Part shown: positions 27,113-34,762 of the stretch, piece by piece
Layout: every line of letters begins with the position of its first letter
How positions within the stretch are numbered: position 1 is the first letter of the stretch
Origin: Candidatus Gottesmanbacteria bacterium GW2011_GWC1_43_10
Lineage (GTDB): Bacteria; Patescibacteriota; Microgenomatia; UBA10105
Length of the DNA: 54,736 bases
NCBI GenBank assembly: GCA_000995415.1
Contig: LCEX01000016.1
Coordinates: 1 to 54,736 of the forward strand
Direction: 5' to 3'
Program-made: the position numbers and the translations under genes
The notes under the pieces: model-generated
What the model was told of the DNA's origin: nothing
The model's input: only the letters and a program-made list of their open reading frames with translations
Database searches by the model: none

Positions 27113-28330
27113 ATGATTGATGGTAATCAAATTAAAAAAGACTTTCCCATTTATCGTCATCAACCAAATCTGGTGTATCTTGATACAACAGCCACTTCAC
27201 TTAAGCCGCAACAGGTAATTGATAAAGAAAACGAATACTATACAAAATATTCAGCAAATATATTTCGCGGAATATATAAAATAAGCGAAAAAGCAACTGA
27301 AGAATACGAGCGAGTACGAGAAAAGATTGCGCACTTTATTGGTGCAAAAAGTGCGGGTGAGATTGTTTTTGTGCGAAATGCGACAGAAGCTATTAATTTG
27401 GTAGCAGCAGGGGTAGGCAAAACTCTCAAAACAGGAGATGAAATAGTGACGACGATCATGGAACATCATTCCAACTTCGTGCCTTGGCAACAAAGAGCTT
27501 TGAAGAAACATATTGCGTATCACGTATCACGTATCACTTCCGAAGGTAAATTGGATGAAAAAGACCTGTTGGGTAAAATCAACAATAAAACTAGAATGGT
27601 TGCTTTTACACATGTGTCAAATGTTTTAGGAACAATTAATCCGGTTAAAACGCTAATCAAGAAAATAAAAGCGAAAAATCCTCATTGTTTGATTCTGGTT
27701 GATGGGGCTCAAGCTGCTGCGCATTTTAAAATTGACGTTCGTGACCTAGGATGTGACTTTTATGTCTTTTCTTCACATAAAATGTTGGGACCAACCGGAG
27801 TAGGAGTTTTATGGGGCAGATATGAACTCTTGGATAACATGAATCCATATCAATATGGGGGAGAAATGATTTCTGCTGTCTATGTCGACCGCACAGAATT
27901 TAAAGATCCGCCACACAAATTTGAAGCCGGAACGCCGCATATTGCCGGAGTCATTGGTCTTGGAGCGGCAATAGATTATTTGCGAGTGTTAGGGATGGAC
28001 AAAGTGCGTCAACATGAGATTGAGATGACGTCGTATGCACTTAAGTTACTTAGGTCACTTAAGGGATTAAAAATATATGGACCGCAAAACCCCGAAAATA
28101 GAGGTGGGGTTATCGCTTTTACTATTGAGAGAATCCATGCACATGATATTGCACAAATATTGGACTCGAATAATATTTGTATTCGAGCGGGTCATCACTG
28201 CGCCATGCCGCTGCATTTATCCCTGGATGTCGCTTCCACAGCCCGGGCGTCGTTTTATGTTTACACCACCAAAGAAGATATAGATGCATTGGTTAAAGGG
28301 TTAAAAAGGGTACAAGAAATATTCGCTTAA
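27113..28330 (+). CDS. sufS: Cysteine desulfurase SufS
   Basis: YLDTTATS, MEHHSN, SSHKMLGPTG, RAGHHCA. Confidence 0.96.
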   Translation: MIDGNQIKKDFPIYRHQPNLVYLDTTATSLKPQQVIDKENEYYTKYSANIFRGIYKISEKATEEYERVREKIAHFIGAKSAGEIVFVRNATEAINLVAAGVGKTLKTGDEIVTTIMEHHSNFVPWQQRALKKHIAYHVSRITSEGKLDEKDLLGKINNKTRMVAFTHVSNVLGTINPVKTLIKKIKAKNPHCLILVDGAQAAAHFKIDVRDLGCDFYVFSSHKMLGPTGVGVLWGRYELLDNMNPYQYGGEMISAVYVDRTEFKDPPHKFEAGTPHIAGVIGLGAAIDYLRVLGMDKVRQHEIEMTSYALKLLRSLKGLKIYGPQNPENRGGVIAFTIERIHAHDIAQILDSNNICIRAGHHCAMPLHLSLDVASTARASFYVYTTKEDIDALVKGLKRVQEIFA

Positions 28331-28337
28331 ATTAATT

Positions 28338-28502
28338 GTTTCTTTCTCTGCTTGTCCAGAGAAAGAAACCAAAGAGAAGACAAACCCGTGAAGGTTTGCT
28401 TGATTTTCTAACTTCAGGCAGTCAGGCGGAGCCTCGGACTAGTGAGCCGTTTCCGCACTTTTGCCTTTCAGTAAGAAAATCTACGCAAACACTTCAAGGG
28501 TT
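28338..28502. repeat. Structured intergenic element (short hairpin plus ~120-bp long hairpin)
   Basis: gtttctttctctg/cagagaaagaaac; aacccgtgaag-gtttgc-gattttct..agaaaatc-gcaaac-cttcaagggtt. Confidence 0.7.
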
Positions 28503-28512
28503 AAATAATTAA

Positions 28513-28887
28513 ATGGACGACTTATATCGAGAGCAAATATTGGATCACTATAAACATCCCCGCAATTTTGGTGAGTTGGATCATCCCAGCGTGGCATCAA
28601 GCGACAACTTGGTTTCGTGCGGTGACCAGTTGTCGATGCAGCTACTGATTGAAGCAAAAAAACAAATAGTGACTGATATTCGATTTCAAGGGATTGGTTG
28701 TGCGATCAGTATGTCGAGTGCCTCAATGTTGACGGAAGTAGTGAAGGGTAAAAAAATTCATGACTTGCAAACACTCACCAAGGATGATATTTTGAAAATG
28801 CTTGGGGTAAAATTGACTCCAACTCGTTTGAAATGTGCATTGTTGTCACTGGAAGTATTGCATAAAGCACTAAACAACATGAAGTGA
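28513..28887 (+). CDS. sufU: SufU/IscU-type scaffold protein
   Basis: LYREQILDHYKHPRNFG, CGD, GCAIS, RLKCALL. Confidence 0.93.
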   Translation: MDDLYREQILDHYKHPRNFGELDHPSVASSDNLVSCGDQLSMQLLIEAKKQIVTDIRFQGIGCAISMSSASMLTEVVKGKKIHDLQTLTKDDILKMLGVKLTPTRLKCALLSLEVLHKALNNMK

Positions 28888-28993
28888 ATGTCAAAGTTCA
28901 AATGACAAATGTCAACTCAAATCTAAAGCTCAAAACTTAATAATTTGGATTTTTGAAATTGATTTGAAATTTGGATTTTGACATTTGTGCTTT
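28887..28993. repeat. Inverted pair of degenerate heptamer (TCAAATG-like) tandem arrays
   Basis: aatgtcaaagttcaaatgacaaatgtcaa... followed by tttgaaatttggattttgacatttg; same as 33718-33820. Confidence 0.75.
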
Positions 28994-28999
28994 CTAGTT

Positions 29000-29299
29000 A
29001 TGGTCAAATATAAAGTCACTGTTGATCGAAATCTTTGCATCGGAGCCGGAAGTTGTGTGGCTGTGGCACCACTGGCATTTGCTCTCGACAATGAAGCCAA
29101 AGCCATCCTAACGCCCTGCCTGCGCAGGCAGGTCTCTTTGAAAAAGAGAGGGGATATAAAGATAATCCTCGAGTTCATAACATCCGTCCTTGTCCCAACT
29201 GCGATGAACTTATCCATGGTATGCCCGGCGGCCGCGATGCACACTGCAAAAATTGCGGTTACAAAGATCCCTGTTGTAGTGATTAGACTACTTTATTAA
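29000..29299 (+). pseudogene. Ferredoxin (3Fe-4S/4Fe-4S type) N-half, disrupted at a palindrome
   Basis: MVKYKVTVDRNLCIGAGSCVAVAP..LDNEAKA, then cctgcctgcgcaggcagg at 29115-29132 and non-ferredoxin-like sequence. Confidence 0.65.
29140..29286 (+). pseudogene. Start-less Cys-rich zinc-ribbon-like ORF in alternative frame
   Basis: EKERGYKDNPRVHNIRPCPNCDELIHGMPGGRDAHCKNCGYKDPCCSD*. Confidence 0.5.
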
Positions 29300-31892
29300 C
29301 TCTCAACCATTTATAAAACCCGGCGGGGCGGGAGAAGGCGATGACGTGTTTGATTCCTTGTTTTTGGGCAAACATCAGCGCGTGTTCAATCAGCATAATG
29401 CTGGAAGTTGAAGAAGCTGAGTGAATGATTTTTGTACCTTTGGGAATTTGGGGATACTTCATCAAAACGTTATAACCACAAGCTTCTCTATCATCTGGTC
29501 GACCGTTTGCCAATATTTTCCAGACTGTGGCACCTGGTAAGTCGCCTTTTGGTTTGCGGTGGAAATTGAGGACGTGGTCAAGATTTGAGTTTGCATATTG
29601 TTGAATGTGTTGTTTGGCGAGTTGGGTTAGGAGTGAATTGTTAAATTGTTTTATTGTTACATTGTTTAACCCCTCCTCACCTCCCCTTAAATTAAGGGGA
29701 GGAAGGGTAGGGTTAAGAGGGGGAATTCCCTCCCTTTGTAAGGGAGGGTTAGGGAGAGTTATTGAGATAGCAACACAAAGTAATGTGTCACCTTGAGGGT
29801 TGTGGTTGGATAAGGTGCCATTTGCCGTGGCTTCTCGCCAGGTTTTGAGTTGTTTGACTTGGTTAAATAGCATTTGTACGTAGCACAGTGAGCCAACCAG
29901 TTGAGCACTGTCATTAAACACCCCCAAAACTATGCCGTTTTTGGCCCGCTTTCGAAATTCATGGAGTGTAGCAGGCAGTCCTGTCCAGCGGTCATTATTG
30001 ATTTCAACTGCTTTTTTAAGTATTTCTATTTCTTGTGGTTTAATTTGCCGGACATAATAATAAGTGAGTTTTTCTGGTTTCATTTTTTCTGCTACCAATT
30101 TTTTCACTTCCACTCGCTGAATTTTTCCGGTCGAAGTTTTGGGAAGACTATCAACCACAAAAACTTTTTTTGGCATTTCATAAGGCGAAAGACCGGAAAT
30201 TTTATTTTGAGCAGCAGCATCAAGAATTTTCTTAACAATGTCATTCTGGGGAGCGTTAGCGACTCCAGAATCAGGATTTTGGATGCTGCTCCCGACTTCA
30301 TTTGAAGTTTGGTGACTGTCGGGATTACCAGAATGACGTTTGAGTACAACGACAGCTGCTACTTCTTCACCCATGCGTGCATCGGGAAATCCCACGACGC
30401 TGACTTCGTTGATTTCTGAAAAATTATTCAGCAGAGCATCCTCAATCAGGGCCGGAGACAAATTGACGCCGCCTTTAATAATGATTTCTTTGAGTCGGCC
30501 GATGATATAGAAATATTTTAATTTGTCATCCTGGCTTGTCCAGAGCTTGTCCCGAACTTGATTCGGGAATCTATCTTGGTTTGGATTCTGGATGCGCCCT
30601 TCGGGCTTACCAGAATGACGTGTATAATGAATTTTCCAATATCCCAAATCTCCGGAGTGGAACCAGCCGTCATGAAACGATTCTTGAGTTGCTTGTTTAT
30701 TATTCAAATATCCTTCGGCCATGATTGGTCCGCGGATACAGATTTCTCCGGTTTCTTTTTCGTGAGCTTCTGTGCCATTTTTTTTCAAAATGGCTACATT
30801 ACAATTCATTAATTCCGCGCCAATGGTATTTTCTTTGACCTGTTTTTTGTATTGGGCCTCTTTTAAATCAATTGGCACGCCGGTGACTCGGAGTGCGGTT
30901 TCGGTTTGACCATACCCTTGAACTACACGAATTTTAAAGTGTTCATAAAACCTCAATGTTTCTTCAGGCAAAACCGGAGCCGAGCCGACGAGAATCCGTT
31001 TCAAGCTCGAGTTTTTGATACTTTTAGTATTTACTTCGTTTTGGCGGGTGAGGAGATCATGGATGATAGTAGGTACAACACTCGTAATAGTGCATTTTTC
31101 CTGATCAATCACTTGCCAAAAGCGTGAAGCGGAATAACGCGAATTGACGACGATAGTCCCGCCGACCAAAAGGGTAGCAAATGACATAGTTGTAGAGTTG
31201 ATGTGGTGGAGAGGAAGAATGATATTAAACCGATCACGGCTCGTTAATTTTTGCCACTTGGCGATGCCTTCGGCGTTAGCCAACAAAGCTTGGGCCGTGA
31301 TGGGTACGCCTTTGGGTAAAGCAGTGGTACCGGAGGTATAGAGGATGAGGTATAAAGAATGAAGATCAGCACTGGGTTCAAATGTAGGTTGGATAGGATA
31401 TTTTTCAATCATTTTGAAAAATGCCTGGGTATTTGGAAAAACGCTGACTTTTATTTTACGCGCCAGGTTTTGGATTTCCGCGGTGGCGGTCTCGGCCTTG
31501 ATGAATAAAACTTGGCTTTTGGTATCTTGCAGTTTATAAAGTTTGCGTTCAAACGTATCGCGTTTGGCATCAAGCGGTACGGTAGCAGCGCTGATCACGC
31601 CTCCTGCCAGCTCCAGGATCAGGACTTCCAGAGTATTGGACATGAGTATGGCAAAGCGGTCACCCTTTTTTATACCCAGTGCCTGCAAATAATGGGCTGC
31701 TTGGACGACCCGGTTTAGTAGTTGTTGGAAGGTAAGTTGGGTGCGTTCCCCGGTATCGACATTGACAGCTGACAGAGCTATGTGGTTGGTCAAATCACGC
31801 GCGTGATTTTGCAATAGGGTGAAGACTGACTTTACGGGCGGTTGATAAGTGATCGGGCGCCCATTTTTGACTAAAAGTTGGATACTGGTCAT
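29283..31892 (-). CDS. AMP-binding acyl-CoA synthetase fused to C-terminal GNAT-like domain, with three in-frame repeat insertions
   Basis: YTSGTTALPKG, QGYGQTE, GWFHSGDLG, GRLKEIII, PKTSTGKI; C-terminal HNPQGDTLLC..AFSRP. Confidence 0.88.
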   Translation of the reverse strand: MTSIQLLVKNGRPITYQPPVKSVFTLLQNHARDLTNHIALSAVNVDTGERTQLTFQQLLNRVVQAAHYLQALGIKKGDRFAILMSNTLEVLILELAGGVISAATVPLDAKRDTFERKLYKLQDTKSQVLFIKAETATAEIQNLARKIKVSVFPNTQAFFKMIEKYPIQPTFEPSADLHSLYLILYTSGTTALPKGVPITAQALLANAEGIAKWQKLTSRDRFNIILPLHHINSTTMSFATLLVGGTIVVNSRYSASRFWQVIDQEKCTITSVVPTIIHDLLTRQNEVNTKSIKNSSLKRILVGSAPVLPEETLRFYEHFKIRVVQGYGQTETALRVTGVPIDLKEAQYKKQVKENTIGAELMNCNVAILKKNGTEAHEKETGEICIRGPIMAEGYLNNKQATQESFHDGWFHSGDLGYWKIHYTRHSGKPEGRIQNPNQDRFPNQVRDKLWTSQDDKLKYFYIIGRLKEIIIKGGVNLSPALIEDALLNNFSEINEVSVVGFPDARMGEEVAAVVVLKRHSGNPDSHQTSNEVGSSIQNPDSGVANAPQNDIVKKILDAAAQNKISGLSPYEMPKKVFVVDSLPKTSTGKIQRVEVKKLVAEKMKPEKLTYYYVRQIKPQEIEILKKAVEINNDRWTGLPATLHEFRKRAKNGIVLGVFNDSAQLVGSLCYVQMLFNQVKQLKTWREATANGTLSNHNPQGDTLLCVAISITLPNPPLQREGIPPLNPTLPPLNLRGGEEGLNNVTIKQFNNSLLTQLAKQHIQQYANSNLDHVLNFHRKPKGDLPGATVWKILANGRPDDREACGYNVLMKYPQIPKGTKIIHSASSTSSIMLIEHALMFAQKQGIKHVIAFSRPAGFYKWLRVNKVV
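29668..29760. repeat. In-frame CCCTCNC/GGGAGG repeat insertion
   Basis: Homologous to 25986-26059; encodes TLPNPPLQREGIPPLNPTLPPLNLRGGEEGL. Confidence 0.85.
30240..30337. repeat. In-frame GTCATTCTGG...CCAGAATGAC palindromic element
   Basis: 10-bp terminal IR; encodes RHSGNPDS..IQNPDSGVANAPQND. Confidence 0.88.
30525..30619. repeat. In-frame GTCATCCTGG...CCAGAATGAC palindromic element
   Basis: Encodes RHSGKPEGRIQNPNQDRFPNQVRDKLWTSQDD between the GDLG and GRLKE motifs. Confidence 0.88.
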
Positions 31893-31976
31893 ATGTTTTA
31901 CGTCGTACCGGATAGAGTATTTCCTGCAGAGTGATTGCTTAAATAGACAAAAACTAGTATTCTAAATAAGATAATT

Positions 31977-33734
31977 ATGGCAGAACTTACAAGTTTGCAT
32001 ATCAAAGTTGGGGGTGAAGCCGGGTTTGGGATCATGGCTTCGGGACTATTACTTGTACGCACTTTTTCCCGCGGCGGACTCAAAGCTATCACGATCAATG
32101 ATTATCCCTCTTTGATCCGCGGAGGACACAACGTCATTTTGGTCAAGGTCGCAAACCACGACATTTTTGCTACCGATGATATAGCGGACATACTTATTGC
32201 TCTAAATCGTGAAACGATAGATCTTCACAAAAATGAAATGACGGCAGGGGGTGCAGTGGTATTTGATCCGGAAAGTTTCTCGGTAGTAACCACAGATTTT
32301 CCCAAAGCGGTGACTTTGGTACCCGTGCCCCTGATGCGGCTTGCAAAAGAACAACAAGGTGATGTCCTGATGCGCAATACTGTGGCCTTGGGTGCGACTT
32401 TGGCCCTCATTGATTATGATTTTTCGTTTCTGGAAAGCGTCATCCGTGACCAGTTTGGTCGAAAGGGCGAAGAGGTGGTGACTAAAAATGTCAATCTAGC
32501 CCGCGCCGGATATGACTTTGTCAAAAAGAATTTTCCACAGGGGTATCCGCGCAAACTAGGTCCGCAACCAGTTAAACCCAAACAAATGGTCTTGACCGGA
32601 AACGAGGCGGTTGGTCTGGGAGCTGTCGCTGCGGGCATGAAATTTTTTGCTGCCTACCCCATGACGCCGATCAACGGTTTACTATATTATCTAGCCGGGA
32701 TTGCTGAAAAAACCGGATTTGTCTACAAACAGCCGGAAGATGAAATTTCGGGGATCAATATGGCGATTGGGGCTTCATTTGCCGGCGCGCGGTCCATGGT
32801 CGCAACTAGCGGCGGCGGATTTTGTTTGATGACTGAAGGCGTATCTTTGGCAGGGATGATCGAACAGCCGGTAGTGGTCATTTACGGACAACGTCCCGGT
32901 CCGGCTACCGGACTTCCTACCTGGACGACACAGGGCGACCTGCATTTTGTTTTAAATGCTTCCCAAGGCGAATTTCCGCGATTGGTGCTGGCTCCGGGCG
33001 ATATGGAAGAAGCGTATTATTTGACCGGTATAGCTTTTAATCTGGCTGAAAAATACCAAACTCCGACCTTTGTTTTAGTCGATAAATACATTTGCGAGTC
33101 ATATTTTTCAGTCGACTTGGCCAAAATGCAAAACCCGGTGAAAATTGAACGGGGAAAATTGCTTAAGCCTGAGGAACAAGCTCAAGAAATGGAACTCAAA
33201 CGATACTTACTCACAGATGATGGTATTTCCCCACGGCCGCTGCCGATCCCCGGAAACAAAGGCGGGATTTTTCATGCCAATTCTGATGAGCATGATGAAT
33301 ATGGTTATTCGATTGAAGAAGCGCACTTGACGAAAGCCATGATTGAAAAACGGATGAAAAAAATGGCTGAGGCCCAAAAAGAAGTCCCAGACGCCACTCT
33401 TTACGGAGAAGCTGATGCAGAGCATACTCTAGTTGGTTGGGGATCAACCAAAGGTGTGGTACTTGAAGCGATGCGGCAGCTTACGGAGGCAGGTCAGGGA
33501 AAACTCGTAAATTATTTGCATATTGCGTGGGTGAATCCATTTCCGGTTGAGTCGGTGAAACGGATTTTATCTAGTGCCAAGCACATCATAGATATTGAAG
33601 GCAACCATAATTCACCGATGGCGGATTGGATATTATTAAAAACAGGTATCGCGATCAAAGACAGAATCAATAAATATGACGGCCGGCCGTTTTTTCCGGC
33701 GGAGATCATAACAGAAATTTCAAAGTTCAAATAA
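31977..33734 (+). CDS. 2-oxoacid:acceptor oxidoreductase alpha subunit (gamma-alpha fused)
   Basis: GGEAGFG, SLIRGGHN, AYPMTP, QPEDEI, QRPGPATGLPT. Confidence 0.95.
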   Translation: MAELTSLHIKVGGEAGFGIMASGLLLVRTFSRGGLKAITINDYPSLIRGGHNVILVKVANHDIFATDDIADILIALNRETIDLHKNEMTAGGAVVFDPESFSVVTTDFPKAVTLVPVPLMRLAKEQQGDVLMRNTVALGATLALIDYDFSFLESVIRDQFGRKGEEVVTKNVNLARAGYDFVKKNFPQGYPRKLGPQPVKPKQMVLTGNEAVGLGAVAAGMKFFAAYPMTPINGLLYYLAGIAEKTGFVYKQPEDEISGINMAIGASFAGARSMVATSGGGFCLMTEGVSLAGMIEQPVVVIYGQRPGPATGLPTWTTQGDLHFVLNASQGEFPRLVLAPGDMEEAYYLTGIAFNLAEKYQTPTFVLVDKYICESYFSVDLAKMQNPVKIERGKLLKPEEQAQEMELKRYLLTDDGISPRPLPIPGNKGGIFHANSDEHDEYGYSIEEAHLTKAMIEKRMKKMAEAQKEVPDATLYGEADAEHTLVGWGSTKGVVLEAMRQLTEAGQGKLVNYLHIAWVNPFPVESVKRILSSAKHIIDIEGNHNSPMADWILLKTGIAIKDRINKYDGRPFFPAEIITEISKFK

Positions 33735-33820
33735 CAAATGTCAAATCAATTTCAAAATCAAAATTTGATATTTAGAACTTTGAGCTTGATTTGAACTTTG
33801 GTTTTTGACATTTGAAACTT
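33718..33820. repeat. Inverted heptamer tandem arrays
   Basis: ttcaaagttcaaataacaaatgtcaaatc... tttgagcttgatttgaactttggtttttgacatttga. Confidence 0.75.
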
Positions 33821-33821
33821 T

Positions 33822-34676
33822 ATGTCAATGCTTAACGATTTTAAAACCGCATTCATGCCCAACTGGTGTCCGGGGTGTGGAGACTTTGGGATTTGGGGCA
33901 GTCTCAAAAATGCGCTGGTGGAAAAGGGCTGGGGACCGACTGATTTTTGCATGGTGTACGGTATCGGCTGTCATGGTCACATGGTCAATTTCCTCAAGTC
34001 TTATGCGATTGAGACTTTGCATGGCCGGCCTATACCCGTAGCCCAGGGGATCCGGCTAGCCAATCATAAGCTGCCGGTAGTTATCGTCGCCGGTGACGGA
34101 GACACATTTGGTGAAGGGACCAATCATCTAGTGCACATCGCGCGTCGCAACGTCCAGGCGACGATGATCGTGCATGACAATCAAGTGTATGGATTGACCA
34201 CCGGCCAAACCGCCCCCACGGCGCAAAAAGGCTTTAAAACCAAATCTACTCCATCCGGAGTTTTGGAAGATCCGGTGAACCCGGTGGCTATAGCTCTTGC
34301 AGCCGGAGCCACGTTTGTTGCCCGCGGATTTGCCGGGGATATTCCTGGACTGACGAAACTTATTGTCCAGGCCTTGAGCCACAAAGGTTTTGCCTTCGTC
34401 GACGTATTTCAGCCCTGTGTCACATTTAACCATGTAAATACTTATGCCTGGTACCGGGAACATATTTATAGCCTGGGAGCGGAACATGACGTGACAAATA
34501 GAGCGAGCGCTTTTGAAAAAGCTTTGGAGTGGGGACCCCGGGTGCCCACCGGCATTTTTTATCAGGTGGAAAAACCTACATATGAAGATCAAACGCCCCA
34601 ACTTATAAAAGAGGTTTTAGTCGAGCAAACACTTCCGCCGCAGAATCTGACTTCACTCATGGAGGAACTGGTTTAA
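33822..34676 (+). CDS. 2-oxoacid:ferredoxin oxidoreductase beta subunit
   Basis: WCPGCGDFG, GIGC, LHGR, GDGD..DNQVYGLT TPP motif, QPCVTFN. Confidence 0.95.
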   Translation: MSMLNDFKTAFMPNWCPGCGDFGIWGSLKNALVEKGWGPTDFCMVYGIGCHGHMVNFLKSYAIETLHGRPIPVAQGIRLANHKLPVVIVAGDGDTFGEGTNHLVHIARRNVQATMIVHDNQVYGLTTGQTAPTAQKGFKTKSTPSGVLEDPVNPVAIALAAGATFVARGFAGDIPGLTKLIVQALSHKGFAFVDVFQPCVTFNHVNTYAWYREHIYSLGAEHDVTNRASAFEKALEWGPRVPTGIFYQVEKPTYEDQTPQLIKEVLVEQTLPPQNLTSLMEELV

Positions 34677-34684
34677 ATTTTCTC

Positions 34685-34718
34685 TTGACACTTAGCACTG
34701 CCTATGTTAGACTGCTAA
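34685..34718 (+). promoter_or_regulatory. Sigma70 promoter overlapped by CIRCE (HrcA operator)
   Basis: TTGACA-17-TAGACT; TTAGCACTg-N9-GAcTGCTAA at 34692-34718. Confidence 0.8.
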
Positions 34719-34762
34719 ATACTTTAGGCGAAACAAATTCTATAGTTAGATTACAAATATCC

